NCBI GenBank assembly: GCA_016876035.1
Contig: VGOE01000001.1
Span: 27,264 to 91,263, forward strand
Origin: Chloroflexota bacterium
GTDB taxonomy: Bacteria; Chloroflexota; Dehalococcoidia; UBA2247; RBG-13-53-26
Reading direction: 5' to 3'
Length of the DNA stretch: 64,000 nt
Part shown: piece by piece, positions 1 through 9,788 of the stretch
How positions within the stretch are numbered: the stretch's first letter is position 1
Layout: each line of letters starts with the position of its first letter
Notes under the pieces: model-generated
Databases searched by the model: none
Seen by the model: only the letters and a program-made list of their open reading frames with translations
What the model was told of the DNA's origin: nothing
Made by a program: the position numbers and the translations under genes

Positions 1-1103
1 TGCGCTTGTGCCTCGACTGCGGCAAGTGTACCGTTGTCTGTCCGGTTGCCCAGTACGACCCAGATTTCAACCCTCGCCTGATAGCACAGAGAAGGCTGGG
101 GCGGCGCAAGAACAACAGTTCGCAAGATGCGACAATCTGGTCCTGCCTTAGTTGCCACCTGTGCGTGGAGCGCTGCAATTACCGCGTGGCTTTCCCCGAG
201 TTCATTAGCGCTTTGAGGTGGGAGGCACGGAGCGCAGGATATGAGGTCAAGTGCAGCCACGGCGGGGCGCTCCAGGCACTGATGCACATGATGGCGCGCA
301 AGGAGCTGCGCCAAGATCGTCTGGGCTGGCTGCCGCAAGAGATCAGTTTATCGAGTGACTGCGACACGCTGTTCTTTGTCGGCTGTGCCCCATACTTCGA
401 TGCTATCTTCAGTAACCTTGGTCTGAGTTCGCTGGAAAGTGTGAAAGCAGCACTGAAACTGTTGAACCGCGCCCAAGTGCCCTTTAAGCTACTGGACAAC
501 GAACGTTGCTGTGGGCGCGATCTTCTTCTCCAGGGGGACAGAGACGGATTCTTGGGAGTGGCACGAGCCAACATGGAGGAGTTCGCCCGCCATAATGTCA
601 GGAAGATTATCACTAGCTGCCCCGAATGCTACTACACACTGAAAGTGGACTGGCCAAAGTTTCTGGGGGACATGGGAATTCAGGTCTGGCATCTGATGGA
701 GGTTATGGCACCCCTGGTGCAGAAAGGCAGCCTGAAGCTGGGGAAGCTCGGCAATCGAATCACCTATCACGACCCCTGCACGCTGGGAAGGTGCAGCGGC
801 CTATATGACGAACCGCGCAACGTTCTGAGGGCTGTGGGTGGGCTGGAACTGGCCGAGATGGAGCAAAGCCGCGAGAAATCCCTGTGCTGTGGGGCCAGCC
901 CCTGGTCGCACTGCGGCGCAGTCAACCGGCGGGTACAAGAGCGGCTACTGGCTCAGGCGAAGGCCACCGGCGCGGAGCTACTGGTGACCGCTTGCCCCAA
1001 ATGCCAGATACATCTGAAGTGTGCTCAGAAGGCTGGCGACGCAAAGATTCCTCAGCTTGACATCAAGGATATGGCTACTGTATTGGTTCAGTCACTTGAC
1101 TAG
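1..1103 (+). CDS. HdrD-like (HdrC/HdrB fusion) iron-sulfur oxidoreductase. It has two 4Fe-4S ferredoxin motifs followed by two cysteine-rich CCG domains. The 5' end probably lies upstream of the window.
   Basis: The ORF is open to the window edge. It contains CGKCTVVCP and CLSCHLCVERC ferredoxin-type motifs. It then shows CCG-like motifs (FVGCAPYF, NERCCGRD, ITSCPECYY, YHDPCTLGRC, SLCCGASPW, LVTACPKCQ). It sits directly upstream of hdrA. Confidence 0.7.
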   Translation, partial: RLCLDCGKCTVVCPVAQYDPDFNPRLIAQRRLGRRKNNSSQDATIWSCLSCHLCVERCNYRVAFPEFISALRWEARSAGYEVKCSHGGALQALMHMMARKELRQDRLGWLPQEISLSSDCDTLFFVGCAPYFDAIFSNLGLSSLESVKAALKLLNRAQVPFKLLDNERCCGRDLLLQGDRDGFLGVARANMEEFARHNVRKIITSCPECYYTLKVDWPKFLGDMGIQVWHLMEVMAPLVQKGSLKLGKLGNRITYHDPCTLGRCSGLYDEPRNVLRAVGGLELAEMEQSREKSLCCGASPWSHCGAVNRRVQERLLAQAKATGAELLVTACPKCQIHLKCAQKAGDAKIPQLDIKDMATVLVQSLD

Positions 1104-1115
1104 GAGGTAAGGCAA

Positions 1116-3575
1116 ATGGCAGGAGAAGAACTCAGGATAGGCGTGTTCGTCTGCGATTGCGGGCTCAACATCGCAGGCGCGGTGGAGACTGAAGAGGTCA
1201 GACGGGCGGCCGAAGAACTTCCCAATGTTGTGGTCTCGGTGAGAAACAGGTATACCTGCGCTGACCCAGGACAGGAGGAAATAAAAAGGCACATCCGAGA
1301 GCATAGACTGAACAGAGTAGTGGTAGCATCCTGTAGCCCACGGCTTCACGAACCGACGTTTAGACAGTGTGTTGCTGAGGCTGGAGTGAATCCTTACCTG
1401 GTCGAGATGGCCAATATAAGGGAGCAATGTAGCTGGGTGCATTATGATAACCGCGAACAGGCAACACTTAAGGCTAAAGATACTGTCAGGATGGCAGTGG
1501 CCAGGGCGCGTTACCTTCAGCCAGGGTTCGAGACTGACATCCCTGTCAAAGATGCGGCGCTAGTGATCGGAGGTGGGGTTGCCGGGATTCAGGCCGCTCT
1601 GGATTTGGCCGATGCCGGTCATATGGTCTACCTAGTGGAAAAGCAACCCACTATCGGCGGCATAATGGCCCAGTTGGATAAGACCTTCCCTACCATGGAC
1701 TGCTCCATCTGAATACTAGGCCCCAAGATGGCGGATGTCGGTCGACATCCTAGGATCAAGTTGATGACCTTGAGTGAAGTGGAGAAGGTGTCTGGACACA
1801 TTGGGAATTTCAGGGTGAAGGTGCGCCAAAAGGCGCGGTACGTCAATGAAAAAGAGTGCACTGCCTGCAGCAAGTGCGCCGAAGTGTGTCCGGTGGTAGT
1901 CCCGGATGAATTCCAGCAGGGCTTTTCTTCACGTAAGGCAATCTATATACCCTACCCACAGGCAGTGCCCTCCGCCTATCTCATCGACATGGAGCACTGC
2001 CTGGGCAACAACCCGGTAGCCTGCGATAAGTGTATGGACGCCTGCGAGAAGCAGTGCATAGACCTGAACATGCAGGACAAGGAAGTAGAACTCAACGTGG
2101 GTGTCATAATCGTGGCCACGGGCATGGGAGTGTATGACCCCACCGCCCTGGATGAGTACGGCTATACTCGCTTTGAAAACGTTATCACTAGCCTGGAATT
2201 TGAAAGACTGATAAACGCTGCTGGGCCTACCAAAGGTCACTTGGTACGTCCTTCAGACAGGCAGACCCCCAGGCACATCGGCTTCATTCAGTGTGTAGGC
2301 TCACGAACGGAGAACCGTGGCAACCCCTACTGCTCCAATGTATGTTGCATGAATACGGTAAAGGATAGCTTGCTGATCAAAGAGCACAATCCAGATACGG
2401 AGATTTACGTTTTCTACATGGACCTCCGCACCTTCGGCAAGGGTTTTGAGGATCTGCTGAGGCGTTCCAAAGAGGCAGGTGTTCACTACATCCGCGGCCT
2501 CCCTGGCGAGGTGACGGAAGACCCTGCCACCAGAGGCCTTTGTCTAAGAGTAGAGAATACCACCACAGCTCGGGTCGAGGAATACGATCTGGATATGGTT
2601 GTATTGTCCGTCGGTCTGGAGCCGGCCCAGGATCTGAAGCGGCTGGCCAGCCTGCTCAATCTCTCTCAAACGCCCGACGGTTTTGTGATGGAGTCTCATC
2701 CCAAGCTGCGGCCAGTAGATGCACCCACACCGGGAGTTTTCTTCGCCGGCTGCGTCGAGTCGCCCAAGGACGTAAAAGACAGCGTCACCCAGGCAGGAGC
2801 CGCTGCTGCCAGGAGTGCCATCCTGTTGAACGCCGGCGCTGTCAAGAGCCAGGCCATCAAGGCGATGGTTGACCTGACCAACTGTACCTCCTGCGGAGTC
2901 TGCGCCCGCGTCTGCCCCTACGGGGCTATAACAGTAGATATTAAGGCGAAGAGAGGAGCAGAGGTAGTGGCCGCAGCCTGCGCAGGCTGCGGCACCTGCG
3001 CTGCAGAATGCCGTTTCGACGCCATAACCATGCAGCACTTCACCGATGCGCAAATACTGGCCCAAGTAAACAGTGCCCTGGAAGAAGATCCAGAACAGAA
3101 GATACTGGCCTTCCTCTGCAATTGGTGCAGCTATGCTGGGGCCGACTTGGCAGGATTATCAAGATTGAAGTACCCAGCTAATACCCGTTTCATCCGTGTC
3201 ATGTGCAGCGGGCGAGTGGACGAGAGCTTCATATTGAGGGCCTTCGAGAAAGGCGCTCCTGTAGTGCTGCTCTCCGGTTGCCACCTCGGAGACTGCCACT
3301 ACATCAATGCCAACCACTGGACTATGCGCCGTGCCGATAAACTGTGGGATCGCCTGGAAAAGCTGGGAATACGGCCAGAGCGGCTACAACTGGAGTGGGT
3401 TAGCTCTGCCGAGGGCGCTAGATTTGCTCACATCATGCGCGGCCTAGAGGAGATGCGCTGCAAGGTTACAGCCAACGAGATAAACCATTCCAGGAAGGTG
3501 CTGGCCGAATATAGGCTGTCAAGGGAAGCTGAGGAAAGCAGCGAGGACAGGGAGTCAGAGGCATCAGAGGTGTAG
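1116..3575 (+). CDS. hdrA: Heterodisulfide reductase subunit A (HdrA) fused to a C-terminal MvhD domain. It is a predicted selenoprotein with in-frame TGA at 1710-1712 read as selenocysteine.
   Basis: Two ORFs (1116..1712 and 1728..3575) share one frame and are separated only by TGA. The TGA falls in ...TMDCSI-[TGA]-ILGPKM..., where HdrA normally has a conserved Cys/Sec. The N-terminal has an FAD-binding [10 protein letters not shown] motif. Ferredoxin Cys clusters follow. The C-terminal ~140 aa ([15 protein letters not shown]...[11 protein letters not shown]) is MvhD-like. An AGGAGG RBS precedes the ATG at 1116. Confidence 0.75.
1733..1750 (+). promoter_or_regulatory. Putative bacterial SECIS-like hairpin about 20 nt downstream of the in-frame UGA of hdrA.
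   Basis: GGATGTCG-GT-CGACATCC is a perfect inverted repeat starting 21 nt 3' of the TGA at 1710-1712. Flanking ctagg/cctag could extend the stem. Confidence 0.4.
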
Positions 3576-3581
3576 CATCAG

Positions 3582-3713
3582 ATGGAACAGCGGCTAAAAT
3601 GCCTTCGTTGTGGCTTTGAATACACCGTGAGAGTGGAGCCGGACGAAGCTCCGCGGGACAGGGTTTGTCCCAAATGCCGGTCCAACAGCGTTCGCAAGAT
3701 TTCTTCTAAATAG
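3582..3713 (+). CDS. Small zinc-ribbon protein of 43 aa with a CxxC...CxxC pattern. It is not in the supplied ORF track because it is under 60 aa.
   Basis: The ATG at 3582 lies 7 nt after the hdrA stop. The translation is MEQRLKCLRCGFEYTVRVEPDEAPRDRVCPKCRSNSVRKISSK and has two CxxC pairs. Confidence 0.4.
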   Translation: MEQRLKCLRCGFEYTVRVEPDEAPRDRVCPKCRSNSVRKISSK

Positions 3714-3991
3714 GAGACCAGCGAGGGCAGAGCTCCCCACTACTCATGGCCTGAAATAGGAGCTACTGTAACAACCCCTACCCTTGCTGCCCGTTTTGCT
3801 AGCTTCGGCGACTTGCCGAGCCTATCCTTATGCCAGGAGGACACAAAGGCTTTCTTTGCCCCGCAGCGCTTACACGTAGCATGGCAGACTTCGCCCCCTG
3901 CGTCGCTCAGTACCCAGTGGTGCGGTGGACATTGGTAATGAGGGATACCAACAATTGCCATAAGCAACCAGCCTGCGGATTCCCGGTCGCC

Positions 3992-5209
3992 TCAGATCAC
4001 CTGCTCACCCTTGAGAGCGGCGATATCGGCCCAGGTGTACCCCAGGATATCGATAAGGATCTCCTCCGTGTGCTGACCCAATTCTGGAGCTGGACGGTCT
4101 ATGGACGATGGCGTTCTGGTGAAATCAATAGGGAAACCTGGCATCGTGGTCTTACCCCACATAGGGTGATCGTATTCAACGAGGTACCCGTTGGCAAGCG
4201 GCTGAGGGTCATTGCTGAATTCCTCAACGCTGTTGACCATAGAGAAGATCAGATCATGTTCCCTGAGTATCTTCGCCCACTCATGGCTCGTCCTGGTGGC
4301 AAACCTTTCGTCGAGGATCTTGATGAGTTGTTCGGCATTTGCCTGCCTGTGGTCCATGTTGTCAAAACGGGGGTCCTTTTCCAGATGTTCCAGACCCATA
4401 GCCCGGCATAAGGCTGGCCAGCGAGGGTCGGGCGTTAAGTTCACTAAGGCAATCCACCTATTGTCGCCGCACAAATAGTAGTTGTAGAGCGGATTTCCCG
4501 TCCTTTCCCGCCGGATCCATTGTGTGCCGATACCAGCCATCTTGTGGAAGCCCAGATTCATGTGGAGTAGATAACTAATGCCCCCAAGAAGAGAGGTGTT
4601 AATCTCCTGACCGATACCAGTCCGCTCTCTGGCCAGCAGAGCCGATACGACTCCCAGGGTTGTGGTTATAGCCCCCATCTGATCAGCAATGCCCGCCACG
4701 GGAACCCACGGTTGCCGCCCTGGTTCTGTCACCATGTTCACGAACCCAGATCTGGCCATGGCAGCAAAGTCGAAGGCAGGAGCATCCCTGTCGGGCCCCC
4801 TGGGCCCCCAGCCAGAGCAACCAGCATAGATCAGGCGGGGATTGTACTTGGACAAGGTAGCATAGTCCAACCCCAGTTTCTGGACCGTCTCGCTTCGGAA
4901 GTTGTGCACGAAGACGTCTGACTTCGACACAAGTCGGCACAGTATCTCCTTGCCTTTCTCCTTACTGAGGTCCAGTGCCAGGCTTCTCTTATTGCGGTTG
5001 GCCATCTCAAAATAGACATTTCGCTGGCCGAAGTGGGTAGTGGCGATCGCCCCACCCATGCGCATCATGCCGCGGGCCATGTCGCCGCCGACGCGCTCCT
5101 CTATTTTGATGACATCTGCTCCCATATCACCCAGTAGCATTGTGGCTATGGGACCCTGCTGAAATACGGTCCAGTCCAGAACTCTTATCCCATCAAGTAC
5201 CTTGTCCAT
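3992..5209 (-). CDS. Family III CoA-transferase (CaiB/BaiF-like).
   Basis: The N-terminus reads LDGIRVLDWTVFQQGPIATMLLGDMGADVIKIE, typical of CaiB/BaiF. The length is 405 aa. Confidence 0.8.
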   Translation of the reverse strand: MDKVLDGIRVLDWTVFQQGPIATMLLGDMGADVIKIEERVGGDMARGMMRMGGAIATTHFGQRNVYFEMANRNKRSLALDLSKEKGKEILCRLVSKSDVFVHNFRSETVQKLGLDYATLSKYNPRLIYAGCSGWGPRGPDRDAPAFDFAAMARSGFVNMVTEPGRQPWVPVAGIADQMGAITTTLGVVSALLARERTGIGQEINTSLLGGISYLLHMNLGFHKMAGIGTQWIRRERTGNPLYNYYLCGDNRWIALVNLTPDPRWPALCRAMGLEHLEKDPRFDNMDHRQANAEQLIKILDERFATRTSHEWAKILREHDLIFSMVNSVEEFSNDPQPLANGYLVEYDHPMWGKTTMPGFPIDFTRTPSSIDRPAPELGQHTEEILIDILGYTWADIAALKGEQVI

Positions 5210-5225
5210 TCTCTGCCCCCAATAC

Positions 5226-6257
5226 TCACTTTCGGCTTTCGCCCTTTCTATGTTGTGGACGTAGCCGGTGGCTCTGTCTTTTCAGTCCCTTCCACAGTTC
5301 GCCTTGCCAGTCAACATGTATGTATGACCACTTGATGGTCTTCAGGTTGGTTACCGTCTCCATAGCGTTTATGCCAGGTATCCTACCCAGCTCCTCTGTC
5401 AGAATACGCATCAGATGCCTCCGTTCCCGAAAGACCACCCATGCCAACACATCGTACCGACCAGTGCAGAGCGACACCGTGTGTACACTTCTGCAACCCG
5501 CTACAGCCTCTGCCACATCCTTGATTCGGTCTGGAGACACCCTTATGCCTATGGAGGCATTCCCATTGTATCCGAGCGCAGCGGCACTTACCATGGTGAC
5601 GAACCTTATGACGCCTTCATTAAGTAGCCTCCTCATCCTTCTGACGACAGTAGGCTGACTGGTGCCCAGCTTTACGGCAAGGCTAGCGGTGCTTTCCGTG
5701 CTGTTGCGCTGCAACGCTGCTATCAGGCCAAAATCCAGTTGGTCGAGAGAAGCCCTGCATTCTCTGGGGCGATAACCCTGGTTCTCCGCCAGCAATGCTG
5801 GTGAGATTCTCAGCTCGTGGCACATTATGGTCTCATAGCACGAAACCCCTGGTATCTTGCCCAATCCTTCTGTCAGGAAGCTCAGCAGATCATCGGATCC
5901 TTTGAAGATACCCCAAGACACAATATCGAAAGGGCCGGCGGATAGTGCAACATAATGAATGGGGGCAAGAGAAGCCAGCCTATCTGCTACATCAAGCAGG
6001 GTGCCGGGTGTTACATTGATGCCGAACAGCGCAGTGTTCTCGTATCCGAGAGCCATGTGATCTACCAGACAGACCGTCCGTATAACGCGGGCATCAATCA
6101 ACCTCTGTAACATCACTCCGACCGTTGGTCTGCTGATGCCTAGACTAGTAGCAAGTTCCGTACGGGGCCTCCGTGGCTCAGATTCCAGCAGCTCTATCAA
6201 TCTCAGGTCCAACTCCTCTATCCGCACCAATTTGCTTATTGAAGTCTCGCTGGTCAC
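5226..6257 (-). CDS. Lrp/AsnC-family transcriptional regulator with two tandem HTH plus RAM-domain units (AhbA/B or NirDL-like architecture).
   Basis: There are two repeats of an HTH_AsnC-like segment (LDLRLIELLESEPRRPRTELATSLGISRPTV... and LDFGLIAALQRNSTESTASLAVKLGTSQPTV...). Each is followed by a ligand-binding domain. Confidence 0.7.
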   Translation of the reverse strand: MTSETSISKLVRIEELDLRLIELLESEPRRPRTELATSLGISRPTVGVMLQRLIDARVIRTVCLVDHMALGYENTALFGINVTPGTLLDVADRLASLAPIHYVALSAGPFDIVSWGIFKGSDDLLSFLTEGLGKIPGVSCYETIMCHELRISPALLAENQGYRPRECRASLDQLDFGLIAALQRNSTESTASLAVKLGTSQPTVVRRMRRLLNEGVIRFVTMVSAAALGYNGNASIGIRVSPDRIKDVAEAVAGCRSVHTVSLCTGRYDVLAWVVFRERRHLMRILTEELGRIPGINAMETVTNLKTIKWSYIHVDWQGELWKGLKRQSHRLRPQHRKGESRK

Positions 6258-6584
6258 GTTGTTTCACCTCTCTTATTCATTGGTCGGGCTGCCACCATGC
6301 AAATGCCGCCACAATACAGCCGATTATGGGCAACATAATACATCTAGAGTATCTTTATTTGATAAAATAGTCAATACCCTCTTGACAAGATGCAGAAACG
6401 GTGACTAAAATAAACCATCCTCGGCGGCAAGTAAGTGGAGGCGTGATTACCAATCAAGTGTAGATGTGAGGTGCCATAGGTTGTTTTCCTACATGGGAAC
6501 AGCGAAAGGAGGTGGTAGATGAGTGATAAGACAGCTGGTTGGTAAGGGCCGTAGAACAAAGAGGATAAACACGAAAGGAGAGAA

Positions 6585-9242
6585 ATGCGCAGGAATTCAG
6601 TCAAGAAGACGCTTCCTATCCTGTTGGTGCTTGCTCTGCTGACTCTGGTGATACCGCCCGTGATAGCGCCTGTAAAGGCAGAGGGAGAGGAAGCGATATC
6701 CAGGCCGGGCGAATACAGCGGATACTCTGAGCCAATCTATGACGAGTGGGTTCGCTCCTCTCAGTACGTTGAGGTGCGAGATGGCACGAAGCTAGCAGTG
6801 GACATCTTTCGTCCCTCCGTGGATGGAGTGCCAGTAGATGAACCACTGCCCGTGGTCTGGAGCGCGGAGCGCTACCTTAGGGCATCCCACACTCAGCAAC
6901 TGATAAGAACCACGCTCGATGCATACCCGTATCTGACGACACTGCTCAAACATGGATACGTGGTGGCGGCGGTGGAGGTGAGAGGTACCGGTGCTTCCTA
7001 TGGAGTCTTCTCCGGGGGTTGCGACATGACCGAGGCCTATGACCACTACGACATGACGGAATGGTTTGCGGCACAGGAATGGTGCAACGGCAACGTAGGC
7101 ATGTATGGTGCCTCCTACCGGGGAAACAACCAGTACTGGGCGGCCATGACTGCCCCGCCGCACTTGATGTGCATCTTTCCCGAAGTAGCTCCGTTCGATG
7201 GCTTCTTTTCGGGCAGCCCGAACGGGATATTCTGGGACCAGTTCCTCAAGAACTGGGATGCAATGACTAGGGCGCTGGACTTGAACCTCTACGGCATAAC
7301 GGTTCGAGTTGATGAGGACACCGACGGGTCAATGCTAGCGGCGGCCGTTGCGGAACACGTGAACAACGTCAGCACCTATGCGGTTGCCCAAAACATGCTG
7401 TACCGTAATACCTGGAATCCGGTTACGAATGTCCCCACATTCTTTACCACTGGCAATACTTTCCTTGACTTGGTGCAGACGTCTGACATTCCTGTCTACC
7501 ACTGGACGGGCTGGTTCGATTACTTCGTCTTCCATCAGCCCACGTGGTTCGCCAACCTGGACAATCCCCAGAAGATGACCGTTGGGCCCTGGATCCATAA
7601 GAGTCGTGGCGATGTCAGTTTCCTCGCCATCGAGCACCTTCGCTGGTACGATTACTGGCTGAAGGGGATCGACAATGGTATAATGGATGAGCCGCCTATC
7701 TACTACTACACGATAGGTGCCCCTGAGGGCGAGGAATGGCAGTTTGCCTGGGAATGGCCGCCCCACGGGACAACACCGAAGACATACTATCTCGGCGCGG
7801 GGCCATCGGACAGCGTGAATTCAATCAATGATGGCTCATTGAGCCTGACAGCACCTGTATCGGCCGCCGGCCAGGACGACTACACTGTGGACTATAGCAC
7901 GACCGAGGGCCCGAAGGATCGGTGGACAGCAAACACGCTGGACGACCTTCTGACCGACTTCACTCCTCTCGATGAGAAATCCCTTACCTATACCACCGTG
8001 CCTTTGAGTACAGACGTGCAAATCACAGGCTATCCCGTGGTGTATCTCTGGGCCTCTTCCACCGCCACAGACGGAGATTTCTTCGCCTACCTGGAAGAGA
8101 TTGATGAGAATGGCGTATCCACCAACGTCAGCGATGGATTGCTCCGGGCCTCCCATCGGTCGGTCAACACACCACCGTGGGACAACCTGGGGCTCCCCTG
8201 GCATCAAAGCTATACAGGAGACATAGCCGAGATGCCCGTCGGAGAACCGGTATTGCTGGCCTTTGCGCTGGCCCCCACTTCGAATGTCTTCGATGAAGGG
8301 CACCGCATTCGGTTGACGATCACCTGTGCTGACTACGCTGACATGTTTGATACGCCAACGTTGGATCCCGCGCCGACGGTCAGCGTATACCACAACGCCG
8401 ACTACGCCTCATACATCAGTTTACCAATCATGCTGGCACAGCCTGCAGTGACCGCGGTAAGCCCTGATTCTGGCAACCAAGGGGCGACCCTCGATATCGC
8501 TATTACGGGCAGCGATTTCGGCGAAGCCACAGAGGTAAGTCTTGGTGCTGGTATAACTGTGAATAGCTTTACGGTGGACAGTCCCACCCAAATAACGGCC
8601 AATGTCACTATTGATGCCGCGGCGACAACCGGGATACGGGATGTCTCGGTTACTACCCCAGGAGGGACCGGCGTACTGCCGGGTGCCTTCACGGTGATGC
8701 AAGCTCAACAGGCTGCGATAACTTTAACTCCTGATACTGGGGTTGGGGCTGTGACCGTTTCCGGCACTGGCTTCGCGGCCAACAGCACGATTACGATAAC
8801 CTGGGACGGGACTCTAATGCCAATGGTTCCACTAACTGCGCCAACAGGGGAGGATGGAAGATTCACCGCTATTATTAGCGTGCTGACCTCGAGTGTTCCG
8901 GGCGAGCATACGGTTACCGCGACTGACGCAGCAGGTAGTTCGGCATCGGCGACCTTCACCGTTGTGGAGATGACGGGGCCTACAGGACCGGCTGGTGCTA
9001 CTGGGGCAACTGGGCCACAGGGGCCTGCAGGACCGGCTGGTGCTACTGGGGCAACTGGGCCACAGGGGCCTGCAGGACCGGCTGGTGCTACCGGGGCAAC
9101 TGGGCCACAGGGGCCTACAGGGCCGACTGGACCTGAAGGCGAAACCGGATCGGCGGGTGGCGTGGGCTTGTCTATTGCTGCCATAGTGTTAGCAGTAATT
9201 GCCGTTGCTGGCGCCGGGTACGCTCTGGCCACGAAGAAGTAG
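6585..9242 (+). CDS. Secreted, membrane-anchored CocE/NonD-family (S15 X-Pro dipeptidyl-peptidase-like) hydrolase. It has Ig/TIG-like domains, a collagen-like Gly-X-Y repeat and a C-terminal TM helix.
   Basis: There is an N-terminal signal peptide ([23 protein letters not shown]). The CocE/NonD core reads [16 protein letters not shown]...GVVWSAERY...GASYRG. TIG-like segments read [21 protein letters not shown] and [17 protein letters not shown]. Then comes [22 protein letters not shown] x3 and a hydrophobic tail [25 protein letters not shown]. Confidence 0.75.
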   Translation: MRRNSVKKTLPILLVLALLTLVIPPVIAPVKAEGEEAISRPGEYSGYSEPIYDEWVRSSQYVEVRDGTKLAVDIFRPSVDGVPVDEPLPVVWSAERYLRASHTQQLIRTTLDAYPYLTTLLKHGYVVAAVEVRGTGASYGVFSGGCDMTEAYDHYDMTEWFAAQEWCNGNVGMYGASYRGNNQYWAAMTAPPHLMCIFPEVAPFDGFFSGSPNGIFWDQFLKNWDAMTRALDLNLYGITVRVDEDTDGSMLAAAVAEHVNNVSTYAVAQNMLYRNTWNPVTNVPTFFTTGNTFLDLVQTSDIPVYHWTGWFDYFVFHQPTWFANLDNPQKMTVGPWIHKSRGDVSFLAIEHLRWYDYWLKGIDNGIMDEPPIYYYTIGAPEGEEWQFAWEWPPHGTTPKTYYLGAGPSDSVNSINDGSLSLTAPVSAAGQDDYTVDYSTTEGPKDRWTANTLDDLLTDFTPLDEKSLTYTTVPLSTDVQITGYPVVYLWASSTATDGDFFAYLEEIDENGVSTNVSDGLLRASHRSVNTPPWDNLGLPWHQSYTGDIAEMPVGEPVLLAFALAPTSNVFDEGHRIRLTITCADYADMFDTPTLDPAPTVSVYHNADYASYISLPIMLAQPAVTAVSPDSGNQGATLDIAITGSDFGEATEVSLGAGITVNSFTVDSPTQITANVTIDAAATTGIRDVSVTTPGGTGVLPGAFTVMQAQQAAITLTPDTGVGAVTVSGTGFAANSTITITWDGTLMPMVPLTAPTGEDGRFTAIISVLTSSVPGEHTVTATDAAGSSASATFTVVEMTGPTGPAGATGATGPQGPAGPAGATGATGPQGPAGPAGATGATGPQGPTGPTGPEGETGSAGGVGLSIAAIVLAVIAVAGAGYALATKK
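8984..9118 (+). repeat. 45-bp tandem repeat of three units encoding a collagen-like triple-helix segment ([15 protein letters not shown] x3).
   Basis: Units at 8984-9028 and 9029-9073 are identical. The third unit at 9074-9118 has two mismatches. Confidence 0.9.
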
Positions 9243-9788
9243 CGGCCAAGTATTGTTGATGAGGCTGTCTAAGAAGCTGTTTTTGCTGGAGGGTAGTCAA
9301 TGGCCAGTTATTAGCTTTTTGGCCTGAACTTCGCCGGGCGAAGGGCTGAAAAACACGAACAGAAAGGAGGGATGTAAGAAGGACGCAGAATGTGCTGATT
9401 CTGTCTACATTCAGGCAGGAGATCAGAAATTCGAAGGAAATCAGAGAGAGGTTGTACCCCATTGCGGAGAGAATGCCAGGTAAAGTGGTGGCTACATGGT
9501 GGCATACATTTCTGTGCGTGAGTCGTGCCTATTTCAAACCCAAATCAGGGGGAAGTTTGGCCTAAAGCAGATACTCCAGGCTGTCCGTTTCCGTGAGTTC
9601 TCCGACGTCCTCAACATCTACCGAAGCCACCCCTTGTGGCGGGGGGTTGAGGAAGAGGGGTGGTTAATTGTGGTACGGAATCCGATCGGCGGCGAGCATG
9701 ACTTTATCAAGAGGCTAAAGGGGGTGATAGTTGAATGAGATAGGTTATAATCATTAGATAAAGCCCATAGGATCAAGCGACAAATCTT

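Noticed and set aside
1628-1873. hdrA interrupted by a stop codon, so possibly a pseudogene.
   Set aside because: The two halves share one frame and the TGA aligns with the conserved Cys/Sec position. A hairpin follows. The flanking domains are intact. A selenoprotein is the better explanation. The overlapping minus-strand ORF 1628..1873 is spurious.
2544-3065. A 173-aa minus-strand ORF and the overlapping 2540..2872 plus-strand ORF.
   Set aside because: Both are alternative-frame or antisense readings inside hdrA.
3830-4411. A 193-aa plus-strand ORF.
   Set aside because: It is antisense to the well-supported CoA-transferase gene. It has no RBS or motif.
8705-9232. A 175-aa minus-strand ORF rich in Pro/Ala/Gly/Val repeats.
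   Set aside because: It is the antisense reading of the collagen-like Gly-X-Y repeat and TM region of the CocE/NonD gene. It is a repeat artefact.
9243-9788. A roughly 540-nt non-coding leader upstream of the substrate-binding protein gene, considered for a riboswitch. It includes the 80-aa ORF 9496..9738.
   Set aside because: I could not recognise any known riboswitch consensus. The small ORF has no RBS or motif. It is left unannotated.
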